From positions 1 to 39,536 of the forward strand of contig JAVZDR010000004.1 of NCBI GenBank assembly GCA_038873795.1: a DNA stretch of 39,536 nucleotides, given 5' to 3'. The notes under the pieces are model-generated. The model ran no database searches, had not been told where the DNA came from, and saw nothing but the letters and a program-made list of their open reading frames with translations. Shown piece after piece: positions 29,794 through 39,507 of the stretch. Origin of the DNA: Candidatus Micrarchaeaceae archaeon. Lineage in GTDB: Archaea; Micrarchaeota; Micrarchaeia; Micrarchaeales; CABMGC01. The translations under genes were made by a program, and so were the position numbers. Every line of letters starts with the position of its first letter. The stretch's first letter is position 1.

Positions 29794-30132
29794 TTAACAC
29801 ACAGAAGTATTTCATGCGCTCGGTTATATATTCCTTGCGATTTATTTAGGCAAAAATATAAACTCCAGCGCAGATGCCGCTCTAATAGAGGGACCATAAG
29901 TTAGGCATGTTGACAGCAACGTTTCGCAAACAACTTCGCCTGGCACAGAGGGGCTTTGCAAGGCCTTCCCTATTGGAAAGATGAATTATATTGCAGATAT
30001 GGGTCCCGCTCCAAAAGGCTTTCAACGCAATTATGCAACAGCAAAGCATTTGTAGTTGTGCTCCCAATTTCATATGTGTAAGCATGGCCCCATTGCGAGG
30101 CGATTAGATGAATTATGTATTGTGGTGGTTCT

Positions 30133-30894
30133 TTGTACCAGACAACAAAGAGTATAGAGAAGCTGGCTGAAGCCATAGGTGCAACTGATGCACACTGCCA
30201 CCTGAATCTCTTCAGCAACTATGCCGAAATACTGAAGATCTCAGCAAAGAGGGGCGTGGGCACAATAGTAACCGCAGGCAGCGATGCGAAAAGCAATCTC
30301 GACAACCTGAGAATTGCTGGAGGCCGTGTCTTCGCGGTTGTTGGCATAGATCCAGAATTCGCATTAACCGAAAGCCACAAAGCCTTGGATATGGTAGAAG
30401 AACTGCTCAAGAATGGCAGCAACGTCGTCGGCATTGGTGAGATAGGTCTTGATTATAAAAAAGCAGTGACAGAAGAAGAGAAGGAAAGACAGAAGATCTT
30501 CTTTGAGAAGCAGCTCATGATCGCAAAGGACCTTGATGTGCCTGTTGTGGTACACTCGCGCAATGCGCTGGATGATGTCTTTGCCAGCCTTGAAAAGTTT
30601 GGGATGAGAAAGGTCATGCTCCATTATTTTGAAGGTAACTCAGAGCAGGCTATCAAGGCGGCTGGCAAAGGCTACCTTATCTCTGTGCCACCCATCGCAT
30701 CGAAGAAGAGGGACCGCGCCATAAGTGGTATAGGCATAGAGCATATTGTGGCTGAGACGGACTCACCGCTTGTTGGGAAGACGCCGGCAGATGTGCTTCT
30801 GTCTATAAGGAATATTGCGGAGGTAAAAGGGATAAGTTTTGATGATGCTATAAGCGCGACTACGAGCAATGTGAAAGAGTTTTTTTATATATGA
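30133..30894 (+). CDS. tatD: TatD-family hydrolase/DNase
   Basis: DAHCHL, VGIGEIGLDY, PVVVHSR, MLHYF, ETDSP; TTG 30133 with GGTGG RBS (alternative ATG 30115). Confidence 0.93.
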   Translation: MYQTTKSIEKLAEAIGATDAHCHLNLFSNYAEILKISAKRGVGTIVTAGSDAKSNLDNLRIAGGRVFAVVGIDPEFALTESHKALDMVEELLKNGSNVVGIGEIGLDYKKAVTEEEKERQKIFFEKQLMIAKDLDVPVVVHSRNALDDVFASLEKFGMRKVMLHYFEGNSEQAIKAAGKGYLISVPPIASKKRDRAISGIGIEHIVAETDSPLVGKTPADVLLSIRNIAEVKGISFDDAISATTSNVKEFFYI

Positions 30895-30911
30895 TAGTCG
30901 TATTAATACTT

Positions 30912-31013
30912 GGGCCCGTAGCTCAGCTTGGATAGAGCAGCAGCCTTCTAAGCTGACGGTCGTGGGTTCAAAGCTTCTTGCATCAAGCAAGTGTGGAAAT
31001 CCCGCCGGGCCCG
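30912..31013 (+). tRNA. tRNA-Arg(TCT) with a 27-nt intron in the T-loop (59/60; intron 30973-30999)
   Basis: Acceptor GGGCCCG/CGGGCCC; D-arm GCTC..GAGC; anticodon TCT at 30947-30949; T-stem GTGGG/CCCGC; removing the intron restores TTCAAAT; a BHB motif is present. Confidence 0.92.
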
Positions 31014-31027
31014 ATGCGGGTGAGCAG

Positions 31028-31294
31028 ATGAAAGAAGAAAAAAATTACGATGAAACCATATTGCAGATAAAGCGGCAGATAGAGCTATTGCTGAACGACA
31101 ACACTGTGCCAAGAAACGTGAAGGCGGCGCTCGAGGAGGCCGCCGCCTCCCTAGACAGCAAGGAGGGATATGCTGCGCGTGCGTCTGCGGCAACATACAA
31201 GATAGATGAGGTAAGCAACGACATAAATCTCCCTCCATATGCAAGGACCATTGTATGGAATATATTGAGCATGCTTGAATCGATAAAGGAGTGA
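31028..31294 (+). CDS. UPF0147-family protein
   Basis: DNTVPRNVK..RASAA..DEVSNDINLPPYARTIVWNILSMLE; GGTGA RBS. Confidence 0.9.
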   Translation: MKEEKNYDETILQIKRQIELLLNDNTVPRNVKAALEEAAASLDSKEGYAARASAATYKIDEVSNDINLPPYARTIVWNILSMLESIKE

Positions 31295-31295
31295 T

Positions 31296-32816
31296 ATGGG
31301 GGAAAATGACGATGGCAAGGACATTGTAGCAGAACTTGCTGAAAGGCTCAGTGGCAGAGTAATTGTTAGCGCCGATATAGATAGAGAATTGTTTAAGGGG
31401 CATGATGTAGAATCACTCATAGCAAGGATCATAAGCTATTTCAGCGATAAGAGCGGCATACAGGTGCTTGACAACGGTTCGCTCTCAGATATACTCAGCA
31501 AGATAAAGGAGGAAAAGGCGCCAATGCCTATAGAGGTGCTACCTTCAAGCGAATTCAGACCTATAGCAAAGGAGACCGCTGACAACTTTAAGATAAGAAA
31601 ATTGGAACTTGAGACTACCGCTAGCAACTCTGAGACGTTTAGGGACTATTTCAGAAGCAGATTCTCAAAAATAGCTGGCATACTAGATAAGAACGGGAGT
31701 ATTCTCCTTAATGGGATGCTCAACCATATATCCAGCATAAAGAATTATGCAAATGGTAGGGAGATAACAATCCTTGGCATGGTCTATGACAAGATCACAA
31801 CAAAAAACGGCCATGTACTCCTTACACTTGAGGATGAAAGCGGCTCAGCCAAGGTTCTCTTCCCAAGAAGCGAGAGTGGCGCTGCCAAAAGCACATTTGA
31901 AACCGCAAACAGGATACTACCAGAGGATATGATAGTCGTAAAGGGGAAGATATCAGGATCATTGCTCATTGCATCCTCTGTCATATGGCCTGACATACCC
32001 ATACACAGGGTCATGCCAAGCGAAGATGATGTGGCCATAGCATTTATCTCTGACATGCATGTGGGAAGCAAACTCTTCCTCGAAAAGCAGTTCGACACGC
32101 TCCTGAAATGGCTCAATGGACGCATAGATTATAGAAAAGATTTTGCTGGCAAGATAAAATACATAATCTTAAATGGCGATCTTGTAGATGGCATAGGTAT
32201 CTACCCAGAGCAGGAAAAGGAACTGGCTATACCAGACATATACAAGCAGTATTCTGTGCTTTTCAATTTGCTTGATGCGATTCCTGATTATATACATGTC
32301 TTCGTCCTTCCTGGAAATCATGATGCTGTGCAGAGGGCTGAGCCGCAGCCAGAGCTGCCAAAGGAATTCTTTGGCGACGTGCAAAGCAACATACATCTCC
32401 TCCAAAACCCGAGCAACATTTCCATACACGGCATAAAGGTACTCGCATACCATGGCACATCTCTTGATTCAATAATACATTCTCTTCCGCAGTGCAGCTA
32501 TGCGAGGCCTGAAACTGCAATGGCAGAGCTTCTGAGAAGAAGGCACCTTTCACCCATATATGGAGGCAACATAGTCACCCCAACCAGGAACGACCTGATG
32601 GTCATAGATGATGTTCCTGACATATTCCATGCCGGACATGTGCATAAGAACGCTGTAGCTGACTACCATGGTACAATCATGATAAACAGTGGCACATGGC
32701 AGGCCCGAACCATATTCCAGGTAAAGCAGGGGCATATACCTTCGCCTGCGCTGCTCCCGGTATACGAAGCTAAGAGCCTGAATGTGAGCATCATAGACTT
32801 CAACTCGGTGGCTTGA
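31296..32816 (+). CDS. polB: DNA polymerase D small subunit DP1 (proofreading exonuclease)
   Basis: FISDMHVGS, GDLVDGIGIYP, PGNHD, YHG, RRHLSP, GHVH, NSGTWQ. Confidence 0.96.
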   Translation: MGENDDGKDIVAELAERLSGRVIVSADIDRELFKGHDVESLIARIISYFSDKSGIQVLDNGSLSDILSKIKEEKAPMPIEVLPSSEFRPIAKETADNFKIRKLELETTASNSETFRDYFRSRFSKIAGILDKNGSILLNGMLNHISSIKNYANGREITILGMVYDKITTKNGHVLLTLEDESGSAKVLFPRSESGAAKSTFETANRILPEDMIVVKGKISGSLLIASSVIWPDIPIHRVMPSEDDVAIAFISDMHVGSKLFLEKQFDTLLKWLNGRIDYRKDFAGKIKYIILNGDLVDGIGIYPEQEKELAIPDIYKQYSVLFNLLDAIPDYIHVFVLPGNHDAVQRAEPQPELPKEFFGDVQSNIHLLQNPSNISIHGIKVLAYHGTSLDSIIHSLPQCSYARPETAMAELLRRRHLSPIYGGNIVTPTRNDLMVIDDVPDIFHAGHVHKNAVADYHGTIMINSGTWQARTIFQVKQGHIPSPALLPVYEAKSLNVSIIDFNSVA

Positions 32817-32820
32817 TACG

Positions 32821-35800
32821 ATGGACGTTGAAGAGTACTTCATGAGCCTTTCAGAAAATTTCGAGAGAGCTTATAAGGTGGCTGAGAAGGCTAGGAAGAA
32901 AGGTATAGATCCAAAAGAGACTGTTGAGATTGAGGCGGCGCCTGATCTGGCCAGCAGGGTCGCGGGAATCATAGGCATAAAGGAGCTGAAAGATATAATA
33001 ATAAGAAAACAGCACAACCAGACGCGCTCAGAGCTCGCATTCGACGTGGTAAAGGAGATATGCACAAGCGAATTCTTTGGAAGCTATGATGCATTAAAGA
33101 GGATAGAGCTGGCAACAAGGGCAGGTCTTGCAATACTTACAGAAGGCGTCCTTGTTGCTCCGACAGAAGGCATACAAGAAGTTAGGATGTATAAAAATGC
33201 GGACAACTCAAACTATATTTCAATAAAATTCGCAGGGCCAATAAGGGGAGCAGGGGGAACCGCTGCTGCACTCTCTGTAGCCATGGCCGACTATGCGAGG
33301 AAATTCTTCAATGTGGGCAGCTACAAGCCCACAGATGAAGAAGTGGAGAGGTATGTTGAAGAGATTGACCTATACGACATGAGGATAGCTAGGCTCCAGT
33401 ACAAGCCGCCTGAGGAAGATATCAGAGTCATTGTGAGGAATTGCCCGGTATGCATAGATGGTGTTGCCTCACGCGAAGCTGAGATGGGCGTCCACAGAGA
33501 CACAAAAAGGATACTTCTCGATGGCAAAATTGAGAGGATAACAAATGATGTTAGGAATGGAATGCCGCTGGTGATCTGCGAAGGTATAGCCCAGAAGGCC
33601 AAGAAGGTGCTCAAGGAGGTCAAGCATGCTGACCTTGATTGGAGCTGGCTTAACAATATAATAAAGATAGAAAAGATAGGGAAGAATGAGGGCGCAGAGA
33701 AGAGAGAGGTCTTCCTCGAAGAGCTCGTCGCGGGCAGGCCCATTCTCGCCTATCCCGGGCTCAGCGGAGGCTTCAGGCTAAGGTACGGCAGAAGCAGGCT
33801 CACAGGCATCGCAGCGAAGGGATTCAACCCAGCAACGATGATCATACTCGATAACTTCATAGCGATGGGGACCCAGCTGAAGGTAGAGCTTCCTGGAAAG
33901 GGCTGTGTGGCCATGCCGGTCGATTCGATAGAGGGGCCTTTTGTAAAGCTTGCAAGCGGCGAAGCGCTGCGCATCAACAGCGCCGAGCTGGCCAGAAGAT
34001 TGAAGGATGAGGTAGTGGAGATTCTTTCCCTTGGCGACATTCTCATAACCTATGGAGATTTCAAAAAATCAAACACGCCACTGCAGCCATCAAGCTATGT
34101 TGAGGAACTTTGGGAGAAGGAGCTTAAGAGCAAGGGAGGGGATGCCAAGGCTTATGGCATCGACTTCGATTCTTCATATGCACTCTCCCTCAAATTTGGC
34201 ATACCTATGCACCCCGCTTTCACACTTGAATTTCAGGATTGCAGCAAGGAGGATTTGGAGTATGTTGCAAATGCGATAGTAAAAAATGCCAGAGTGGTAT
34301 ACGCTGGCGAGAAGACGCTCTTCGGTATCGAGAAAGTCCTTATAGAGAACGATAAAAGGACAAAGAGGGTTTTTGAATTGATAAACCTGCCGCACAAGAT
34401 TGAAGGTGGTGCAATAGCTGTTTACGGTGATTACGCTAAGGCGCTTATGGTATCTCTGGGGTTTGCTTCAGGGAAGGATGGGGCGCTCCAGATCAACGAG
34501 CTAACCCTTGACAAATACCAGAATGAGGCGAAAGACGCACTTGAGCTCGTCAATCTGCTTTCCCCTGTGAAGATAGCCAAACGCTCCACATTTATAGGGG
34601 CGAGGATTGGCAGGCCTGAAAAAGCCAGGGAAAGGCTGATGAAGCCTGCACCAAATGTCCTTTACCCAATAGGGAGCTATGGCGGCAAAGAGAGGAGCCT
34701 CTCAAAAGCCTATGCGATATACTCAAAAAGGCTTGAGGAGCCTGCCCTGAAGATCGAGATTGCAAACTACAAATGCCCCAAATGCAAGAGGATGATAGGG
34801 ACCAGCTATTGCTATGACTGCGGCGAGAAGGCCGTAATAGAGAGGGTATGCCCAAGATGCGGATTTCGAACCCTTGAGGTTAAATGTCCAAGATGCGGAG
34901 CAGAGACCATCGCATATTCAGAAAATGAGGTAGATGTTATAAAGCTGATCAGCGATGCTATGAAGAGGCTTGGCATAGCAAAGCTGCCTGACGACATAAA
35001 AGGCGTTAAGGGCCTGACAAACAGCGAAAAGCTGGCAGAGCCAATAGAGAAGGGCATCTTGAGAAGGCTCCACAACATACACATCTTCAAGGATGGGACG
35101 GCAAGGTTCGATGCAACCGATGCGCCAGCAACGCACATCTATCCTAGGGAGATAGGCACAAGCGTAGAGAAAATGAGGGAGCTTGGCTACACCAAGGATT
35201 ACTTTGGGGAAGAGTTAGTGAGCGATGACCAGCTCGTTGAACTTAAGCACCAGGACATAATAATCAACAGGAGGGGAGCAGAATACCTCCTCAACGTGGC
35301 AAGGTTCGTTGATGATATGCTTGAGAGGCTCTACGGCCTTGAGCCATTCTACAAAGCCACAACAGCAAGCGACCTTGTGGGGCATCTTGTGATCACCCTC
35401 TCGCCGCACACCTCGGCAGGGGTGTTAAACAGGATCATAGGCTTTACTGACGCAAATGTTGGACTTGCACACCCTTATACGATCTCTGCGAGGAGGCGCA
35501 ACTGCGATGGCGATGAAGACACTGTGATGCTCCTCCTTGACGCACTGATCAATTTTTCAAGAAGCTACCTCCCAAAGAGCACAGGAGGCACAATGGACGC
35601 GCCATTGATTCTTATGCTCCACGTACATCCTGAGGAGGTCGATGATGAGGTGCATGCAATGGAAATCGTAAAGGAGTATCCTTTGGAGTTTTATCAAAAG
35701 GCTTCTGATTATGAATCGCCCTCAAATGTTGAAATGGAGCTTGTGAGCAGCAGGCTCAAGAGCCCTGCTGTTTTTGGTGGGCTTTCATTCACGCATGAGT

Positions 35801-36267
35801 CTTCCGCAAGAGCGGTGGAGGATTCGCCTAAGAAAAGTGAATACACTGCGCTCAAGACAATGCAGGAAAAGATAGAGAGGCAGTTCAAGCTGACAGACAA
35901 GATACATGCTGTTGACAAGAAAGACGCTGCTAGGAAGCTTATACTGAGCCATTTCCTGCCCGACCTTATAGGGAACCTGCACAAATTCTCAAGGCAGACT
36001 TTCAGATGCAGCAACTGCAATGCAAAATATAGGAGGGTGCCTCTGAGTGGCAAATGCACGAGGTGCGGAGGGAGGCTCCTGCTGACCGTCTCAAAGGGCG
36101 GCATAGAAAAATATCTTGATACAGCCATAAACCTTGCTGAGAGATATGATTTGGAGCCTTACATAAAGCAGAGGCTGGAGTTGGTCAAGAAGGAGATAAA
36201 TGCTGTCTTTGGCGGCGCTCCAAACCAGGAAATCCAGGGCCAATTCAACCTGAGCAAGTTTATGTAG
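32821..36267 (+). CDS. polC: DNA polymerase D large subunit DP2
   Basis: AGPIRGAGGT, GFRLRYGRSR, FIGARIGRPEKA, FKDGTARFD, RRNCDGDED, C-terminal Zn finger; no intein. Confidence 0.97.
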   Translation: MDVEEYFMSLSENFERAYKVAEKARKKGIDPKETVEIEAAPDLASRVAGIIGIKELKDIIIRKQHNQTRSELAFDVVKEICTSEFFGSYDALKRIELATRAGLAILTEGVLVAPTEGIQEVRMYKNADNSNYISIKFAGPIRGAGGTAAALSVAMADYARKFFNVGSYKPTDEEVERYVEEIDLYDMRIARLQYKPPEEDIRVIVRNCPVCIDGVASREAEMGVHRDTKRILLDGKIERITNDVRNGMPLVICEGIAQKAKKVLKEVKHADLDWSWLNNIIKIEKIGKNEGAEKREVFLEELVAGRPILAYPGLSGGFRLRYGRSRLTGIAAKGFNPATMIILDNFIAMGTQLKVELPGKGCVAMPVDSIEGPFVKLASGEALRINSAELARRLKDEVVEILSLGDILITYGDFKKSNTPLQPSSYVEELWEKELKSKGGDAKAYGIDFDSSYALSLKFGIPMHPAFTLEFQDCSKEDLEYVANAIVKNARVVYAGEKTLFGIEKVLIENDKRTKRVFELINLPHKIEGGAIAVYGDYAKALMVSLGFASGKDGALQINELTLDKYQNEAKDALELVNLLSPVKIAKRSTFIGARIGRPEKARERLMKPAPNVLYPIGSYGGKERSLSKAYAIYSKRLEEPALKIEIANYKCPKCKRMIGTSYCYDCGEKAVIERVCPRCGFRTLEVKCPRCGAETIAYSENEVDVIKLISDAMKRLGIAKLPDDIKGVKGLTNSEKLAEPIEKGILRRLHNIHIFKDGTARFDATDAPATHIYPREIGTSVEKMRELGYTKDYFGEELVSDDQLVELKHQDIIINRRGAEYLLNVARFVDDMLERLYGLEPFYKATTASDLVGHLVITLSPHTSAGVLNRIIGFTDANVGLAHPYTISARRRNCDGDEDTVMLLLDALINFSRSYLPKSTGGTMDAPLILMLHVHPEEVDDEVHAMEIVKEYPLEFYQKASDYESPSNVEMELVSSRLKSPAVFGGLSFTHESSARAVEDSPKKSEYTALKTMQEKIERQFKLTDKIHAVDKKDAARKLILSHFLPDLIGNLHKFSRQTFRCSNCNAKYRRVPLSGKCTRCGGRLLLTVSKGGIEKYLDTAINLAERYDLEPYIKQRLELVKKEINAVFGGAPNQEIQGQFNLSKFM

Positions 36268-36270
36268 TTG

Positions 36271-37893
36271 TTATTTTGCAATGGCCTGGCTCTGCTCACG
36301 CATGAACTGCTGGAGATAGAACTTGCTCCCTGTGCCTTTGCCTGTTAGGCCACTGCCCTTCCATCCCACGAATGTGTGGAAGCCCACTATTGCGCCGGTG
36401 GTCGCGCTGACAGCCCTGTTAATGTAAATTACCCCAGCTTGTATTTTGTTGATAAACTCCCTTATCTCGCTCTTCTTCTCGCTGTAGAGCCCGGCCGTGA
36501 GCCCATATTCTGTATCATTGGCCTTCTCAAGCGCCTCTTCGAATGTTTTGTAGGTTGTCACAACAAGAAATGGCAGAAACAGCTCCTCATGGAAGAGCCT
36601 GTTTGCATGGTCCAGCTCCGCCAGGACCGGCTCCACGTATGAGCCATCAAGACCCACCGATACCTCTTTGCCGCCATATATCAGGCTGCCGCTCCTCTTC
36701 GCCTCCTCCACTGCTTGCTTATACCTTTCGAGGGCCTTCTGGCTTACGAGGGGGCCCATGTATACCTCTTTCTTGAGCGGGTTCCCTATCTTGAGAGATC
36801 TCATCCTTTCAACAAGCTTGCTTATGAATTCCTCCTTGACCGATTCATGGATATAAACCCTTGAGCAGGCGCTGCATTTTTGGCCGTCATAACCAAAGGC
36901 CGCACTGGCTATGCCCGATGCGGCAGAGTCAAGGTTTGCATACTTGGAGACTATGGCTGGGTTTTTGCCACCCATCTCGACAATGAAGACCTTCTGCTTG
37001 CCAGCCGCATAATTCTTTGCAATCATCCCCATTCCTGTGCTTCTGGAGCCTGTGAAGGCTATCCCTGCGACCTTCTCATTGGTGGCGAGCTCGTCGCCAA
37101 CCTCAGAACCAGGGCCTGTGACGTAGTTGAAGACACCGTCAGGCACGCCTGCCTCTTTGAAGATCTCATAGATCTTGTAGCCAGTAAGCATTGACATATT
37201 ATCAGTTGAGGAGGGCTTGAAGACCACCGTATTGCCTGTTATCAGCGCACCCGCGCTCATTCCGACTGATATGGAGATGGGGAAGTTGAAAGGGGCTATG
37301 ACGCCGAAGACGCCATACGGCTTCATTGCTATTACTATCCTTTCTTCGCCACTCGGGGCACCCTGAAAGCCCTTCTCTGCCCTCTTTTCGGCACCTGCTA
37401 GCCTCAGCTTCCTGGTATAGCCTTTGTTTGCTTCCATCTCATTTGCGTAATATCTTAGGAAGTCTATGGCTTCGTCAACCTCGCCAATCGACTCGTATCT
37501 GGTCTTGCCATTTTCTATGCTGAGTATTGCGCCAAGTATGAACTTCTCCCTTGCAAAAATCTCTGCAGCCCTTCTGAATATTGCGACCCTTTCCTTGTAG
37601 CTGGTATTGGCCCAGCCTTCGAAAGCTGCTGATGCAGCCTCTATGGCAAGCCTAGCGCTCTCCCTGCTGCCTTTCTGGAAGCGACCTATGAGAGTCTTGT
37701 CTATTGGCGAATATTCCACAAGCTCCTCGCTCGCAAATGACTCCTTGCCGCCTATGATCATTGGAAATTTTTTGCCCAGTATATTCTTCCTTACGTTATC
37801 AACTGCTTCATCAAAATTTCTGTCGAATTCGTCTTCTTTGCCGCTCTCTACAAACCTCTTGTATGTGAATTCATTCTCAAATGCGCCTTTCAT
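36271..37893 (-). CDS. Aldehyde dehydrogenase, probably 1-pyrroline-5-carboxylate dehydrogenase
   Basis: FENE N-terminus, EAIDFLRYYA, IAPFNFP, FTGS, EMGGKN, AFGYDGQKCSACSR, EELFLP. Confidence 0.88.
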   Translation of the reverse strand: MKGAFENEFTYKRFVESGKEDEFDRNFDEAVDNVRKNILGKKFPMIIGGKESFASEELVEYSPIDKTLIGRFQKGSRESARLAIEAASAAFEGWANTSYKERVAIFRRAAEIFAREKFILGAILSIENGKTRYESIGEVDEAIDFLRYYANEMEANKGYTRKLRLAGAEKRAEKGFQGAPSGEERIVIAMKPYGVFGVIAPFNFPISISVGMSAGALITGNTVVFKPSSTDNMSMLTGYKIYEIFKEAGVPDGVFNYVTGPGSEVGDELATNEKVAGIAFTGSRSTGMGMIAKNYAAGKQKVFIVEMGGKNPAIVSKYANLDSAASGIASAAFGYDGQKCSACSRVYIHESVKEEFISKLVERMRSLKIGNPLKKEVYMGPLVSQKALERYKQAVEEAKRSGSLIYGGKEVSVGLDGSYVEPVLAELDHANRLFHEELFLPFLVVTTYKTFEEALEKANDTEYGLTAGLYSEKKSEIREFINKIQAGVIYINRAVSATTGAIVGFHTFVGWKGSGLTGKGTGSKFYLQQFMREQSQAIAK

Positions 37894-37964
37894 CAAAACA
37901 CCGAAATAGTAATACATGATAAAGATAATAAGATTGCATGGTTTATTTTGAAAAACAGTATATG

Positions 37965-38375
37965 CTATTTGGCTATCTCGTTGATCACTGCCGGGTAGAT
38001 ATGCCTTACGCCGCTTATCTTCTCCATATCCTTCAGCCTTGCCCTTAGTTCATCCCTTTGCACAACTATCCTTGCAATTGCCGAATGGTCGCCCGAAGTG
38101 AGGTAAAGTTCCTTAACGAAGTCAAGCCTTTTGAGCGCGTCAAGGGAATCCATATAGCTTCCTGGGTCAATGTCAAGTCCCGCAAGCACGTCTTCCATGC
38201 CCAGCTGCTTGAAGCGCACCCTCGGCTCGTAGCCAAGGAGCAGACCCGATTTGCTCATGGCATTCAGCCTGTTTCGCAGGGTGCCCTTGCTTATGCCACA
38301 CAACGCAGCTACGCGTGACATTTTTCTGTCGTGGAAGAGGGTTTCAATGATTTTCCTGTCGAGCGCGTCTGTCAT
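37965..38375 (-). CDS. Lrp/AsnC-family transcriptional regulator
   Basis: DALDRKII..VAALCGISKGTLRNRL..LYLTSGDH (HTH plus RAM domain). Confidence 0.88.
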   Translation of the reverse strand: MTDALDRKIIETLFHDRKMSRVAALCGISKGTLRNRLNAMSKSGLLLGYEPRVRFKQLGMEDVLAGLDIDPGSYMDSLDALKRLDFVKELYLTSGDHSAIARIVVQRDELRARLKDMEKISGVRHIYPAVINEIAK

Positions 38376-38466
38376 AAAATCACAAAATTTTTAATATTTT
38401 AACTAAATAAATTAATTAAAAGGATAAATATTTATATCTTTTGCATCATTAGTTAAACGTGATTCT

Positions 38467-39063
38467 ATGCAGAGTCTTTTAGAGATAGGTTCCGAGGCAC
38501 CTGATATAAGGGCCAGCGCGTGGTTTCCTGAGACTCACGAGATAAAAGAGTTCAGGCTCAGCGGCAGAAGGGGCAAGTGGGTAATACTGACATTCTACCC
38601 TGGCGATTTTACCTTTGTCTGCGCAACTGACATCGAGGCATTTATGGAAAAGCATGATGACTTCAAAAAGAACGGCGCAGAGGTATACGGGGTTAGCACA
38701 GATAGTGTGTATTCGCACAAGGCATGGAGTGAGACTTCGCCAAGGGTCAAAAAGAGCGTAATACCGCTGATAGAAGACTTCACTAAGAAGATTGTTTCTG
38801 ATTATGGTTTCCTAAATGCTGAAACCGGCGCTGCGAGAAGGGGCACTGTGATAATAGATCCAGATGGCAGAGTCCAATACATTTCCATACACAATGACGC
38901 GTTGGGAAAGGATGCGGAGCATATCTACACGGCATTCATGGGCCTCAAATACGTGCATGATGCCAAGACAAAAGACGGCCATATGTGCGGCATACCGGCC
39001 AACTGGCGCGTCGGGAAAAAGGTACTTGACATAGACATAGTCAATGACATAGGCAAACTCTGA
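38467..39063 (+). CDS. Peroxiredoxin (AhpC/TSA family)
   Basis: GKWVILTFYPGDFTFVC, STDSVYSHKAW, RGTVIIDPDG, PANW. Confidence 0.93.
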   Translation: MQSLLEIGSEAPDIRASAWFPETHEIKEFRLSGRRGKWVILTFYPGDFTFVCATDIEAFMEKHDDFKKNGAEVYGVSTDSVYSHKAWSETSPRVKKSVIPLIEDFTKKIVSDYGFLNAETGAARRGTVIIDPDGRVQYISIHNDALGKDAEHIYTAFMGLKYVHDAKTKDGHMCGIPANWRVGKKVLDIDIVNDIGKL

Positions 39064-39162
39064 TCCGATGCATTTTAGGAATTTGTTGCGCGGCAGAGCA
39101 TCCGCTCGGCAAAATAAAAATAAAACAAAATAAAAGAAATCAACTGACCGGAAAAGTAGGGA

Positions 39163-39507
39163 TTATGCCTCTGCTCCTTCTTCTGTGCCTTCGTCTGATC
39201 CTGAAGGCTCAGGACTTGGTTCAGAGCTAGCGGTAGACGATGCTTCACCCAGCTTTTCGCCGGTTGCATATCTTGCCCTAACGTCTGTTATCCTTACCCT
39301 TACCTTGTCTCCCTGCTTGGCCCCGCTTACAAAAATTACGAAGCCGTCCTTCTTCGCTATCCCGTCTCCCTTGGACGCGATGGCATCTATAGTTACTTCC
39401 AGTATATCTCCAACCTTTACAGGTTTGGGCAGAAAATAGTTAGGCTTTATGTCGTGCCCTTCCCTATTACCTCTGCCTTCTCTTCCATATCCTCTTCTAT
39501 CCTCCAT
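39163..39507 (-). CDS. Single TRAM-domain RNA-binding protein
   Basis: PVKVGDILEVTIDAIASKGDGIAKKDGFVIFVSGAKQGDKVRVRI; RG-rich N-terminus, acidic tail. Confidence 0.92.
   Translation of the reverse strand: MEDRRGYGREGRGNREGHDIKPNYFLPKPVKVGDILEVTIDAIASKGDGIAKKDGFVIFVSGAKQGDKVRVRITDVRARYATGEKLGEASSTASSEPSPEPSGSDEGTEEGAEA

Noticed and set aside
29940..29976. AATAGGGAA on the minus strand, resembling a cobalamin riboswitch core
   Set aside because: The downstream GGTG..AAnnCC, CCCGC/ACTGT and B12-box elements are absent
29908..30055. Two ATGA-overlapping mini-ORFs (25 and 24 aa)
   Set aside because: No RBS or recognisable similarity; could arise by chance
29880..30115. SRP RNA, RNase P RNA or multi-intron tRNA as the identity of this region
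   Set aside because: No SRP helix-8 motif (CAGG..GNRA..AGCA), no GAGGAAAGTCC/P4, and no T-arm found on either strand
30962..31027. N-terminal extension of the UPF0147 ORF overlapping the tRNA
   Set aside because: ATG 31028 has a GGTGA RBS; the extension is just tRNA and intron sequence read in frame
32821..36267. Inteins in DP2 (also checked MCM, RFC, RNR and Rpo subunits)
   Set aside because: Protein lengths are normal and the conserved motifs inspected are contiguous
39085..39140. Small hairpin plus AAAAT-like repeats between the prx and TRAM genes
   Set aside because: Best explained as a U-rich terminator for the minus-strand gene; too short for a repeat array
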